Origin: Octopus sinensis
Lineage: Eukaryota
NCBI RefSeq assembly: GCF_006345805.1
Contig: NC_043003.1
Span: 24,862,001-24,926,000 of the forward strand
Length of the DNA: 64,000 nt
Direction: 5' to 3'
The first letter of the stretch is position 1, and the number at the start of each line of letters is the position of its first letter. The notes under the pieces were generated by a model that was not told the DNA's origin, searched no databases, and saw nothing but the letters and a program-made list of their open reading frames with translations. Position numbers and translations under genes: made by a program. Positions 39,887 to 53,043 of this stretch are shown in pieces.

Positions 39887-40279
39887 TCTCTATATATATA
39901 AAGCTGAAGTTGTCTGTGTACGGCAGGTTTGGTAACCTTCAACTAACACTATCTCCTCCGAGACCCTGCAGCGCAAGTTGGCCAAAATTGAGAGTATGAT
40001 AGAAGGCTTGCTCTTCCTTCCGTAGAAGAAAAAATTCAAATCGGACCATGTTAATACCAAAAATTATTTACATCAAAGAGGTGCTTTTTTTTTCTATGAA
40101 AATCCCTATTTTTTTAATGATTTTTTGACTGCTGTGTCGCCATTTTTTGGTGTATTTCAACCGGGAAAATGTTCACTTAAAGAGAATAACAAGCTACATA
40201 ATGCAAAATTTTTACTTTTCAAAAATTCCAATTCTAAAGGGTCGAAACAAACCCGAGCAATGCCGGGCGATACTGCTAG
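39887..40279 (+). mobile_element. Non-autonomous Helitron, copy 2
   Basis: A|TCTCTATATATATAAAGCTGAAG...CCCGAGCAATGCCGGGCGATACTGCTAG|T. Confidence 0.92.
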
Positions 40280-40557
40280 TACATAATAACGGTCATTTTA
40301 TGTTTCCTTTACATTCTGACATGGAGTGGGCGTCACTGTTATTTGAACCAGTTCTCATTCACTGTGCTTCCGCTCATTTCTAAAATTTAAAGAAATATTA
40401 GCACGAGTGGGGTTTGACAGAATATTATATATATTGTAAATTCTATATTAAAATACATTATTGGGCATCATTTACAGTGACTTGAATGTTACTCATCACA
40501 TGCTGGGTAACTTTGAAGGTATGCTTTTGCCGCCATGGGTAATATCAGGAAATGCTG

Positions 40558-40947
40558 TATACTCTTTTACTTGTTTCAGTCATTTGACTACGGCCATGCT
40601 GGAGCACCGCCTTTAGTCGAGGACTTATTCTTTGGAAGCCTAATTCTTATTCCATTGGTATCTTTTGCCGAACCGCAAAGTTACGGGGACGTAAACACAC
40701 CACCATCGGTTGTCAAGCGATATTGGGGGTGACAAACACAGGCACACAACACACACACACATACATATATATGTACATATATACGATGGGATTCTTTCGG
40801 TTTCCGGCTACCAAATCCACTCACAAGGCGTTGGTCGGCATGAGGCTATAATAGAAGACACTTGCCCAAGGTGCCACGCAGTGGGACTGAACCCGGAACT
40901 ATGTGGTTGGTAAGCAAGCTACTTACCACACAGCCACACCTGCGCCT
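40558..40947 (-). mobile_element. SINE family B
   Basis: Reverse near-full copy. Confidence 0.9.
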
Positions 40948-42725
40948 CATACATAATAATTATAAATTAACTTTCATCAAATTTCTTCGTGCTTATACAA
41001 AATGGTGTAACGAATACTAATTTTTCAAAAAAAAAAATTATTACCTAAAAATAAAACTGAGTAGAACAAATTTCTCATTTGTATAACTCTCCTCCCCCAT
41101 AACTACTCCATCATTAATCCTCTCCTCCCCCTCTCTACCTCTATGATTCTCTCTCTCTCTCTCTCAATGTATGTGTGTGTGTAGCGTTCGTTTACTCATT
41201 GCCTGCCACTAAGCCAAGTAGGGGCATCCAATCTGCACCTCTTACGTTAACTCTCTGTATTGCTTTATTACTCTTCTCCTTTCTCTATACCATGTATGAT
41301 TTGAAGGAGATTTGGTTGCTATTTCGGAAACGTCGAATGGCCTTTTGGCATCACTCTTATAGACTAGTTTCAAATCATGTAGACACATTAGTCGCCCATA
41401 CATAAAGTATCTAGAGTTACATTTTCCAGAGTATCTCTCCTTCAAGATGGCATGGTGTGACTTGAAAGAGATTTGGTTACTATTTCTGGGTGATCGAATA
41501 ATCTTGTAGAACCACTCTCATTGGCTGGTAACGAAATATATAGATACATTAGTCGTATTATCTTTAAATATTTTCATGAAACTTTAAAAAAATTACTGTG
41601 AAATTCACACAGGCCATTGATGACGAGTGTTTGTCATGTGAAGTTTAAATATAGTTGTTGCCGTCAGCCAAGTTTTAATAGTAAAAGAAGTTGAGGTATT
41701 AAAATGGTCATCTTTATTCTCTGCTTATTTACTCATGATTTCTTAATATTCTTATCTGTATAAGGACATTTTCACATAACCTTCAGACTGCTGTGTAAAT
41801 ATTATTCATGAATTTCTGGTTACTTGATAAGCAACCAGAAATAACCCCCCTCGTGAGACCAAAAACTTGTTTTTTTAATTGTTTAAAAAGACTTCTAACA
41901 ACTGGCTATAAATATTTCCGCCTTTTTCTCTCTTCTTTTAAAACAAATACACATTTCTTATAAAGGCATGACGAGTCAGATTTATTACTGGATAATAATA
42001 AAATAATAATAATAATAATAATAATATAATAATAATAATAATAATAAAACGAATGGTTGTAACGTTTTGTAAATTTCCCAAGAGCTTTAACTACGGAAGT
42101 GAATTCAAATATGTTTAACCGGAAATTGTAACTGGATCATGGAGTCACCTCGTCTGTAACTTAGCTATTGCTCTGTGACATTCGTCACATTTATAGCTAC
42201 TTGTTTAGTGAGTCCCGTAATTCAATAGGCCATATAAAGTATCTTTAACTGAAACTGTATTTGTGGGATGTCTTTTTCTTTTTCTTTTTTGTACAATAAA
42301 CTTTTGTACAAAAATGTATTGTTTTTGCACAATGTCCCTATGTGATATGATCAGATACTTTGTTGATGAACTTACAAACTCAATATGTAAGATCATTCAT
42401 AAATACATCACAAAATGGCGATGTTTGGTTTAAATGGTTTAGATGGTGACATCTTTCAATTTTATCCATAGTTTATTTTATGTTTACCGTTAAATATTTT
42501 ACTATCTCGATAAAGCTATGTTATACTAAGGAGGTTCAATAAAATCGAAACACATTTGAAGTTGTCTCCCGTACTTACCGAATACACATCTCATTTCCCC
42601 GTGTATGTCTGACCCATCACTGAATGCTGAACCAATTTGGACTTTAGAGTTTTCTACCCTTTCTCTTTCTGAAGAATTATCATTCGCACTAATGGCTTTT
42701 CTTTACAAGTCATTTCAAGTAATAA

Positions 42726-42916
42726 TTTTTGGTGTTTGTGTTTGTCCTCCACCACCGCTTGACAACTTGTGTTGGTTTATTTACGTCCCTATAGCTTTAC
42801 GTCTCCGTAGCTTAGCGGTTCGGCAAAGGAGGTCGATAGAATAAGTACCAGGCTTAAATACAATAAGAACTGGAATTCATTTGTATCACCAAAATCTTCA
42901 AGGCGGTGCCTCAGCA
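42726..42916 (+). mobile_element. SINE family B, 3' half
   Basis: GTTTGTCCTCCACCACCGCTTGACAAC...AGGCGGTGCCTCAGCA, then truncated by a family C insertion. Confidence 0.75.
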
Positions 42917-42924
42917 CAACCGCA

Positions 42925-43240
42925 GTGGAGGCGCAATGGCCCAATGGCTAGGGCAGCGGACTCGCGGTTTCGATTCCTAGACCAGGCGTTGTGTGTGTTT
43001 ATTGAGCGAAAACACCTAAAGCTCCACGAGGCTCCGGCAGGGGGTTGGGGTTGGCGACCCCTGTTGTACTCTTTCGCTCCAACTTTCTCTCACTCTTTTT
43101 TCCTGTTTCTTGTCCCCGACTTCCTACGCAACCGCTGAGCCTGGATGCGCATTCATCCATCCGTCGATGCTCTCGGTGTCGGGGGTTGACCTGCTTTCTC
43201 TTCAGCGGGTCTTACGAATAGCAAAGGACCACATTTTGGT
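42925..43240 (+). mobile_element. SINE family C (tail type iii)
   Basis: Family C head and body followed by a different tail CCCCGACTTCCTACGCAACC...GGACCACATTTTGG. Confidence 0.85.
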
Positions 43241-43384
43241 AGAGTCTGCTCCAGTGTTTGGAATATGATGCAAGAGTCGACGGAACCTAATTATTTTTGA
43301 GAGATATTTCATTAGAGATACTTAATGCATAATCTCTGCTTCCCACGGTGTTAAGTAGCTGAGAATCATCTTCAACCTTGACAA

Positions 43385-43975
43385 ACCAACGACTGAGAGT
43401 CTCATACACGATCGCCTAAGCTGCTAGAAATAACAGTCAAATCTCTCTCTAATCACACTTTGCTGTTTTCCAAAAGGAAGATCTTATTGATTATTGTTGT
43501 CTAGGGATACTCTGTTTAAAATAAAAATTTAAAAAACAAAACAAAACAAAAGGCAGAGTTGTCATGGATGGAAGGCTATTGATTATATGTCAGCTCGTTC
43601 AGGACAGCCAACATATGTTCAGACAACAAGGAATAATAATACCAGTCTCATGGACCTTTAAGTAGTTGCTCGAACTGCTAGAAATAGCAGATGAATCTTC
43701 CTGAAATTACACTTAACTGGCTTTGAAAATGATGGACACTTTGGATAATGTAGTTGTAAATATATAAGATGAAAGGATCACGATTAGAAAGCATTTAAAG
43801 ATACGTCTGCACGATCAGAGCTGACCTGTGGCTAAGAAACACCAATTAGCTGTGCCAATCAGCGAAGCAACTATTCTGACAGCTACTCGACTTGCTAGAA
43901 ATAGCAACCAAGATCTCAGTCAAATCACACGTTAGTATTTGGAAAAGAGAAGACATTTGCTGATGTGATCTTCGA
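43385..43975 (+). repeat. Three tandem degenerate units of repeat family E
   Basis: CTGCTAGAAATA(A/G)CA...AAATC(A)CAC recurs at ~43421, 43675 and 43890. Units end near ..GCTGACCTG.GGCTAA.AAAC. Confidence 0.7.
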
Positions 43976-43981
43976 GATTCT

Positions 43982-44190
43982 ATACTCTTTACTCTTTTAG
44001 TCTTTTACATGTTTCAGTCATTTGACTGCGGCCATGCTAGAGCACCGCCTTTAGTCGAATCAAATCGATCCCAGGACTTATTCTTAGTACATATTCTATC
44101 GGTCTCTTTTGCCGAACCGCTAAGTTACGGGGGCCTAAACACACCAACATCGGTTGTCAAGCGATGTTGAGGGGGGAACAAACACACACA

Positions 44191-44235
<45 letters not shown>

Positions 44236-44420
44236 ACATATATATATATATATACGACGGGATTCTTTCAGTTTCCGCCTACCATATCCACTCACAAGGC
44301 TTTGGTCGGCCCGAGGCAATAGTAGAAGACACTTGCCCAAGGTGCCACGCAGTAGGACTGAACCCGGAACCATGTGGTTGGTAAGCAAGCTACTTACCAC
44401 ACAACCACTCCTGCGCCTAT
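43982..44420 (-). mobile_element. SINE family B
   Basis: Full reverse copy. Confidence 0.92.
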
Positions 44421-45335
44421 GTTTGGAAATAAGATGGATGGTCAGCGTTAGAACGTCTTTTATCATAGATCTGTTTAATCAAGATCTAAGTGAGGTTGAA
44501 GAATAACAACTGTCTGTCGGAAAATTTGCTGCTGGAAGGGATCGAACTCAGCACTGCTGAGTAAGGAAACACTGATCAATTACGCATTATCTCTTTGTTT
44601 ATAGAGCAGAGCTGAAGGTTAGACAGACTGAAGCTTGGAATCATTCCTGTTTGTCAATTTCCACGAATGCAAAAAAGAACTGGTGTAAGACACTATCAAC
44701 GTTTCGACTGGTAGGCCATCATCACCACTCCCTAACTACCTACCTACCAACATACCTACCTACCTATCTACCTACATATATACATACATACAAAATTTAG
44801 AGGACTGACCACTAAAGTGGACAGCCTATATGCTAAACATAGACGTCAAATCGCCATTACCACGAAGAATGTGTTCTCAAGAAAAATCTCAGCAAAAAAA
44901 ACAAAATGTAAAAATATTCAAAATAAAAAACGATTACTTATGTACCATTGGTTTCACTTGTTAATATTTACGTATATGAACACGCAAATATCTGCAAGAT
45001 CGTCAGCATAGTCTGTCGTTTACAAAACACAATTTCCAGAACTAGATACAGAATGCTCAACCGAAATCCAGTATGTATAAAGTTCTACAAATTATATTTA
45101 GGTGTATCCTTTCAAATGCCTTCACATTGGCGCGCTGGGATCGGAAATTACTTTGCAGCTAATAAATTACAGCAGCCAATTTACCGGTTAGAGAACATTT
45201 TTTATTTAAAATTAGATAATAAGGGTAGAAATTGATATTAATCAATTAAAACCAGGCTTCTTTCACGGGTTGATTCGCTAGCTTCTGCACGCATTTTTTT
45301 CTTCCTTGTTTCTCTCCGTGTTTCTTTTCTGTGTA

Positions 45336-45373
45336 TCTTTCTGTTGAAGAGCGTAGGCTCGAAACGTAAAAGA
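45336..45373 (+). ncRNA. Minimal type I hammerhead-like motif with A6U core change
   Basis: UCUUU CUGUUGA A GAGC-GUAG-GCUC GAAA CGUA^AAAGA: 5-bp stem I, 4-bp stem II and a palindromic ACGU stem III. It lies in a repeat (45270-45470) homologous to 60113-60330. Confidence 0.5.
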
Positions 45374-45470
45374 CTTGTTTTATTTATATTCCTGAGCGCC
45401 ATACTAATACAATTGTTTGTTTGTATTCCACCTGCCTTCGTCTTTAGTTTATTTTCATAAAGCTTCCCGT

Positions 45471-45545
<75 letters not shown>

Positions 45546-45567
<22 letters not shown>

Positions 45568-45731
45568 GACGGGCTTCTTTCAATTTCCGTCTACCAAATC
45601 CACTCACAAGGCTTTGGTCGGCCCCTAGCTATAGAAGAAGACACTTGCCCGAGATGTCACACAGTGGGACTGAACCCGGAACTATGTGGTTGGGAAACAA
45701 GCTTCTTACCACACTGCTACTCCTGCGCCTA
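45546..45731 (-). mobile_element. SINE family B, 5' half
   Basis: Head and core up to the internal (TA)n. Confidence 0.88.
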
Positions 45732-47075
45732 TGTATACGTATATATGTGTGTGTGTGTGCGTGTGCGCACGCGTGTATGTATGTATGTGCATGTATGTGT
45801 GCATGTGTGCGTACGTGCGTGCGTGTACGTGTTTGTGCGTTTGTGTGTAATCGCAGTAGAAATTATTTGCAGCATGACATTTAAAAAAAAAAAACCGATT
45901 TTAAAACCTTGTACCTTGTAGTGACTATAGAGTTTAATTAATCTTTCAACGCAAGAAATCGTTTTCCAAAAATTTAAATAGTTGACATATTTCGTTTAAA
46001 TTCACTGAATAGGGAATGGCAACTCAGATACAGCAGGTGCAAACACAATAAGCACTAAATTATACAGAATTTTAGTTCACTTCATAGAAAGTCAAACTAC
46101 ACTACACGGTTACATTGTACCATTAAGTCTATCAGCTGTTATAGACTTCAAGTAGCTCTTAGACTAATTAAATTCTTTACTCTTCAGAAGCATTTGCTAT
46201 TGTGGTGCACATTCAGAGAATTACAATTCAATTAATTGTATTGGAGGCAATTTAAAGAGCAGGACGCCGCTAATGAGAGTGAGTAAAGAGAAGGAAACAA
46301 AAATAACAAAAAAAAGAAAAAAGAATGATACAAAAATGAAGAAAAGAATTGTGATTCAGGGAAAGAAATATGTCAAGGAGGTCAGACCTGTCACAGAAAC
46401 AAGATGAAACATGTAAACGAAGTCAGCCTGGTCTCATATAAAGAAATTATTTATTTAGTTTATCTTGTATTTTATTTTAATTTATTTTAGTTCTGTGCAG
46501 TCAGGAAAAAGAGTCATTAAAAAAAAAAAGAAAAAAAAAGAGAGAGAGAGAGCTGACCTTTCCTCTTAACTTCCTCATTATCCGAGTGGCATTTATTTGT
46601 TGCGTTGACTACGGCTGAAAATAGTCCAGGAATTGACTGTTAACTAAAAACTAAAGTTACAATATACAGATAGTAATAATATTAATACCTCTTTCTGCAA
46701 CAGGCATAAGGCCTGAAATTGCGGGGAGAGGGTATAGTCGATTTCATTGATCTCAATACTCAATTTGTACTTATTTTATCGGCCCCAATTGATGCTAGCA
46801 GTTCCAAAAGTTGAACAATACTTTTATCATATAGCTAGATTAAATTAAATGTCCTTGTGAAGTCTTGTCACATTGTTTGTCTTCCCATTCTACTCTAACC
46901 AATACCTACTTACTCAAAAGGAAGCCACTTCTAGCCGCTTTGGATAAGGCAGTCACAAAATCACAACTTCAACTGCAGTTCAAACCGGAATTTTTGTAGC
47001 ATACCTATTTGACCACTCAGAGCGCATACTTACAAGTTTGAGTTTGAGTTACCCTGGCGAAAACTCCTCGTATCT

Positions 47076-47110
<35 letters not shown>

Positions 47111-47162
47111 CCCCCACCTCTCTCTCTATCTATATATATATATACATATATGTGTATATTTA

Positions 47163-47201
<39 letters not shown>

Positions 47202-47238
47202 ACACACACACACATATATATAGATGTATGTATGCATG

Positions 47239-47271
<33 letters not shown>

Positions 47272-47371
47272 TATATATGCATATACGAACACAATACATA
47301 CATTCATATGTATATAGGTATTGTATGTATGTGTTTGTGAGCGTGTGTACGCACGCACACACGCGTATATA

Positions 47372-47915
47372 TTGGGTCATCCCATAAATAATGCAGTTTT
47401 TTTATACTTTTATTTTTCAGCATTGAGATAAACAAAGTTCTTTTTAAATCCAAAATATACTCTCCTTCATTTTCTACAAAGCTCTTCTATCTGGTAGACT
47501 TGCAAGGCCCCTCTTTCAAAATTTACTTGTCCGTGACGAAAAATACTCCTCCAGTGCTGTTCTGACCTCGTCTACAGAATTCGTATGTTTTTCGTCCAAA
47601 TGATTGTGAAGACTGCGGAATAAATGATAATCAGATGGGGAAATGTCCGGCGAATATGGTGGGTGGGCATCGTTTCCGATTCAAACTGCTCCAGCCTTTG
47701 GAATGTCATCCTCTCTGTATGTGACTGAGCATTATCCTGATGGAAGAACACCTTTCATCTTGAAACCAAAGATGGTCGTTTTACTTTTAGTGCAGGTCTC
47801 GATGAATAGCTGAATGACCAAATCCAATATCTGATAGTTCCTCAACAGTTACGAAGAGATTTTGTTCTACCAGTGTTTGCAGGACGTTCTCATCACGGCC
47901 ATCCAATAAATGTCG
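47372..47915 (-). mobile_element. Mariner remnant with one TIR and an internally deleted transposase
   Basis: TA|TTGGGTCATCCCATAAATAATGC TIR. Minus-strand motifs LQTLVEQNLFVTVEELSD (HTH), HQDNAQSH, a frameshifted SPDI.PSDYHLFRS and GLASLP...ENEGEYILD. Confidence 0.85.
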
Positions 47916-48243
47916 CGGGGACATAGAAATAATCGGACTGAATACCCGATCGCACGGTTACACCATTGGGAGTGAAGGACTCCTAGCCTTTGTTAGGGCA
48001 TCCTTCTAGGAGAAGGTAACTCAGGTAACTGGGATAACTCTGATATAAAACCTGCGGCTCAGTGGTTACCGATGATGTTGACTTGTTCTTTTCGGATTAT
48101 GGCTACTGTTGCTTAGCGAGTGGGATTGACTCAGTGCACAGCCTTTCCTCACTTTAAAAAAATCTTGCACTGGCATTGCACGATAACAACATTGATTAAG
48201 CTTCGTGCAATGGCCATACTCAATAACGAGGGGGCAGCCACCA
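47916..48243 (+). mobile_element. Probable non-autonomous RTE derivative (5'UTR motif joined to a short 3' end)
   Basis: GTTAGGGCATCCTTCTAGGAGAAGGTAACTC...CTCTGATATAAAACC resembles the conserved RTE 5'UTR. There is no ORF, and it runs directly into a (TATG)n tail. Confidence 0.5.
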
Positions 48244-49003
48244 TGTATGTATGTATGTATGTATGTATGTATGTATGTATCTACGTATGTATGTATGTAC
48301 GTATGTACGTATGTATGTATGTACGTATGCATGTATGTATGTATGTATGTATGTATGTATGTATGTATGTATGTATGTATGTATGTATCTACGTATGTAT
48401 GTATGTACGTATGTACGTATGTATGTATGTACGTATGCATGTATGTATGTATGTATGTATGTATGTATGTATGTATCTACGTATGTATGTATGTACGTAT
48501 GTACGTATGTATGTATGTACGTATGCATGTATGTATGTATGTATGTATGTATGTATGTATGTACGTATGTATGTATGTACGTATGTATGCATGTATGCGT
48601 GTATGTATGTGTGTATGTATGTATGTATGTATGTATGTATGCATGTATGCGTGTATGTATGTGTGTATGTATGTATGTATGTATGTATGTATGTATGTGT
48701 GTATGTATGTATGTAAGTATGTATGTGTGTATGTATGCATGCATGTATGTATGCATGTATGTATGTATGTATGTATGTATGTATGTATGCATGCATGTAT
48801 GTATGCATGTATGTATGTATGTATGTATGTATGTATGTATGTATGTATCTACGTATGTACGTATGTACGTATGTACGTATGTATGTATGTACGTATGTAT
48901 GTATGTATGTATGTATGTATGTATGTATGTATGTATGTATGTACGTATGTATGTATGTATGTATGTATGTATGTATGTATGTATGTATGTATGTATGTAT
49001 GTA
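48244..49003. repeat. 760-bp (TATG)n microsatellite with higher-order variant pattern
   Basis: Variant block TATCTACG...TACG..TACG...TGCATG recurs at 48281, 48389, 48477 and 48849. Confidence 0.97.
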
Positions 49004-49289
49004 TAAATGCATATGTAAGTGTATTTATGCATACATACACACATATTTATGTGCGTGTGTCTCGCTGCTGCCATGCTAGTGCTCCATTTCCGGTTGGCGT
49101 CTCCCGATCTCTGTTATCTTCAACGCATGCAAGTGAAACTGTTCAGAAGATGGTGCGAAACTGTTGGAGGTCTTTAGAAAGATTAATCTCGCTTATAGAC
49201 GCAACATTAAAAGGATGATTACGGCAATCCTTAAGATTAGTGTATATTAAAAATGGATTTATGATGGATTGCATAATCTACGATGTATG

Positions 49290-50330
49290 GCGTGTGTGTG
49301 TCTGCGTATGTGTGTGTGTGTACTTGTGTCTGCATATGTGTGCTGTATGTGTGACTGTGTGTGTGTACTTGTGTCTGCATATGTGTGCTGTATGGCTTGT
49401 GTCTGCATATGTGTGTGTGTACTTGTGTCTGCATATGTGTGACTCTGTGTATGTTTGTGTGTATTTGTGTTTGCATATGTGTACTGTATGTGTGACTCTG
49501 TGTGTGTGTGTACTTGTGTCTGCATATGTATGCTGTATGTGCGGCTGTGTATGTGTGTGTGTGTGTGTGTGTACTTGTGTCTGCCTATGTGTGCTGTATA
49601 TGTGACTGTGTGTGTGTGTGTGTGTGTACTTGTGTCTGCATATGTGTGCTGTATGTGTGACTGTGTGTGTACTTGTGTCTGCATATGTGTGCTGTATGTG
49701 TGACTGTGTGTGTGTACTTGTGTCTGCATGTGTGTGCTGTATGGTGACTGTGTTGTGTGTGTGTACTTGTGTCTGCATATGTGTGCTGTATGGCTTGTGT
49801 CTGCATATGTGTGTGTGTACTTGTGTCTGCATATGTGTGACTCTGTGTATGTTTGTGTGTATTTGTGTTTGCATATGTGTACTGTATGTGTGACTCTGTG
49901 TGTGTGTGTACTTGTGTCTGCATATGTATGCTGTATGTGTGGCTGTGTATGTGTGTGTGTGTGTGTGTGTACTTGTGTCTGCCTATGTGTGCTGTATATG
50001 TGACTGTGTGTGTGTGTGTGTGTGTACTTGTGTCTGCATATGTGTGCTGTATATGTGACTGTGTGTGTGTGTGTGTGTGTGTACTTGTGTCTGCATACGT
50101 GTGCTGTATGTGTGACACTGTGTGTGTGTACTTGTGTCTGCATATGTGTGATGTATGTGTGACTGTGTGTGTGTGTGTGTGTACTTGTGTCTGCATACGT
50201 GTGCTGTATGTGTGACACTGTGTGTGTGTGTACTTGTCTGTATATGTGTGCTGTATGTGTGACTGTGTGTGTGTGTGTGTACTTGTGTCTGCATATGTGT
50301 GCTGTATGTGTGGCTCTGTGTGTATGTGTG
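49290..50330. repeat. ~42-46-bp (CA)-derived minisatellite with ~400-bp higher-order duplication
   Basis: Unit GTGTGTACTTGTGTCTGCATATGTGTGCTGTATGTGTGACT. The variant TGGCTTGTGTCTGC recurs at 49393 and 49791. Confidence 0.95.
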
Positions 50331-50414
50331 AAATACGATATAATTATCATAATACTTTTTATCAATCTATATTAATTATTTCCTGCTGAATTGTAATCTT
50401 TTATTCAATGTGTA

Positions 50415-50850
50415 GTTGTGTGTGTGTGTGAGTGTGTATGCGTGTGTGTGAGTGTATGTGAGTATGCGTGTGTGAGTGTGTGTGTGTGTGTATTTGCATG
50501 TATGTACATACCTATGGATATGTACATATGTATGTACGTATGTATGCATGTATGCATGTATGCATGTATGCATGTATGCATGTATGCATGTAAGTAGATA
50601 GGCAGGCAGGTAGGTAAGTAGGTAGGTAGATAGGTAGGTAGGGGGAGGGTGTTAGAGAGGGAGGGTATATAACATTTTATGTATTTACGCATGTATATAT
50701 GTATGTATGTATGCATGCATGTTTGTATGTGTATGTGTACATGTAAGTACTTTCTGCGTACGACGTTTGGGTGGGTGGATGGATGGATATATGTGTATGC
50801 ATGTAGGTGCGTATGTATCTAAATATGTATTTACTTATGGATGTATGTAC

Positions 50851-50885
<35 letters not shown>

Positions 50886-51410
50886 TGTATGTATGTATGT
50901 ATGTATGTGTGTGTATGTATGTATGTGTGTGTATGTATGTATGTATGTATGTATGTATGTATGTATGTGTGTATGTATGTATGTATGTGTGTGTATGTAT
51001 GTATGTATGTATGTATGTATGTATGTGTGTGTGTATGTATGTATGTGTATGTATGTATGTGTGTGTGTATGTATGTATGTATGTATGTGTGTATATATGT
51101 ATGTATGTGTGTATGTGTCTGTGTGTGTATGTATATATGTATGTATGTATGTATGTATGGTATGTATGTATGTATGTATGTATGTATGTATGCATGCATG
51201 TATGTATGTGTGTGTAACTGTATGTGTGTATATACTCACGTACTCCATACATGCGTATATACGTATGAACGTATATAGGCATATGTGTATGTGTATGTGT
51301 ATATTAATAAATGCATGCGCGCGTGTTGTGTGTGCGTGCGCGCGCGTGTGTGTGTTAGCGTGTGTGTGTGTGTGTGCGTGTATGTGTGTGTGTATGTGTG
51401 TGTGTGTGTC
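50415..51410. repeat. Compound (TG)/(TGCATGTA)/(TATG) microsatellite block
   Basis: Low-complexity runs seen directly. Confidence 0.92.
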
Positions 51411-51796
51411 TTTCGATTTTATATGCAGATGTTCAGCCTATATATCAGGACAAATGTGCTTTAGGTTTCGAAGTAGTTTTTCAAATTTTACTTATTGGGG
51501 TTTGGTTGAACCGAGACCAGGACATTTATTTACCCAAGATTCTATAGAATGGGATCGAACCCAGAATCACGTAATTATGAAACGAACATCTTATCCATGT
51601 TTCCATGCCGTGATCGCATGTAGGTTAGCGTGTTAAGTGACAGCGTATAACGACGAACAAGTTATCCCCTCAAACAGTACTTCTGAGACTACCTGACCTA
51701 AGAAAACTTTTGAAATACACCCAAGGGTTCACGTTACACCTAGAGAAATTATCGTTAAAAAAAAATTCTTTCACTTGGACTACGATCATACTGGAT

Positions 51797-51975
51797 CGTC
51801 TGCCGCTGCGTTCTGAGTTCAAATTCCGCCGAGGTCGACTTTGCCTTTCATCCTTTCGGGGTCGATTAAATAAGTACCAGTTACGCACTGGGGTCGATAT
51901 AATCGACTTAATCCGTTTGTCTGTCCTTGTTTGTCCTCTCTGTGTTTAGCCCCTTGTGGGTAGTAAAGAAATAGG
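51797..51975 (+). mobile_element. SINE family A, 5'-truncated
   Basis: Begins at CGTCTGCCGCTGCG, the same truncation zone as the 32.8-kb array units, and ends GTAGTAAAGAAATAGG. Confidence 0.9.
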
Positions 51976-52273
51976 ATTACCACCTTCAAGGGTTTTTGTC
52001 GAGCACATCAGAACCAATACTTATATTTTTTTTTTTAACATCTGGTACTTTTTCTACCGGTTTCTATTGCACAACCGCTAAGTTACGGGGAGGTAAACAA
52101 ACCAACATCGGTTGTCTTCTTCTTCTTCTTCTTCTTGTCCTCCTCCTCCTCCTCCTCCTCCCCTTCTTCTTCTTCTTCTTCTTCTTCTTCTTCTTCTTCT
52201 TCTTCTTCTTCTTCTTCCAATCAGGACTCACGCCGTTAGCCACAAAGGATAATCCCTAATTCGAGCCTACTCT

Positions 52274-52702
52274 AAGCTTCTAAGAATGCGTGTGGCAACT
52301 TGAAGATCCACCTACCACACGCGATAGACTGGCGGTTTCACGGGCGCGAAAGCTACGTTGTTATCCTCATTCCGTAAACGGTGGCTTTTAACGGGTGGAG
52401 AGCTGAACCATCCTGGGGTACAGAGGATTCGCAATCTAGACTAGGCTCTGAAAGTTTACCACACCATAGTGGGTTACACCATGGTTCCTCTGTTTTGTGG
52501 CAGAAGTAGGAAGAAAGAGGGAGAGAAAGTTGTGGTGAAAGAGTACAGCGGGGTTCACCTCCCCCCACCCCACCCGCCGGAGCTTCGTGGAACTTAGGTG
52601 TTTTTGGTCAATAAACACTCACAATGCCCGGTCTGGGAATCGAAACCGCGTTCTTACAACCACGAGTCCGCTGCCCTAACCATTAGGCCATTGCGCTTCC
52701 AC
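52274..52702 (-). mobile_element. SINE family C (tail type iv)
   Basis: Family C head and body followed by a fourth, unrelated ~230-bp tail. Confidence 0.8.
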
Positions 52703-53043
52703 TACTGGTTGTTGATGTTGTTGTGGTAGTGGTGGTGGCAGTGGTGGTGGTGGTGCTGCTGCTGCTACAGCTGCTTCTGCTGTTGCTGGTGTTGGTCTAC
52801 GTTAGCGAAAATCTATTTAGTTCATGGTTTGTGAGTTTGGGTAAGTTTGTATTATGCCATAAAAGAGGTTTCATATTTAGGTGACTGCTATTTTTTATGT
52901 CTGTGTGGGATAAACAATTATCTTTTTATCTGTGTCAGATGAACGCGTAACTGTGAAATATTAGCCGCTTGCATCACTGGTGGTGGTAGTGCACAAACAC
53001 AGACACAAAGGCACACATAAGTATGTTCTCTTACTCTTTCTAA

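Noticed and set aside
44695-44726. Hammerhead-like GUGAUGA...GAAACGUU on minus
   Set aside because: C3 is lost and there is no stem I pairing. At best a decayed relic.
48066-51636. Long ORFs of 200-370 aa (MYVC, HTYI, HTHT repeats)
   Set aside because: Translations of stop-free microsatellites and minisatellites, not genes. The same applies to the IYIY/SIYL ORFs elsewhere.
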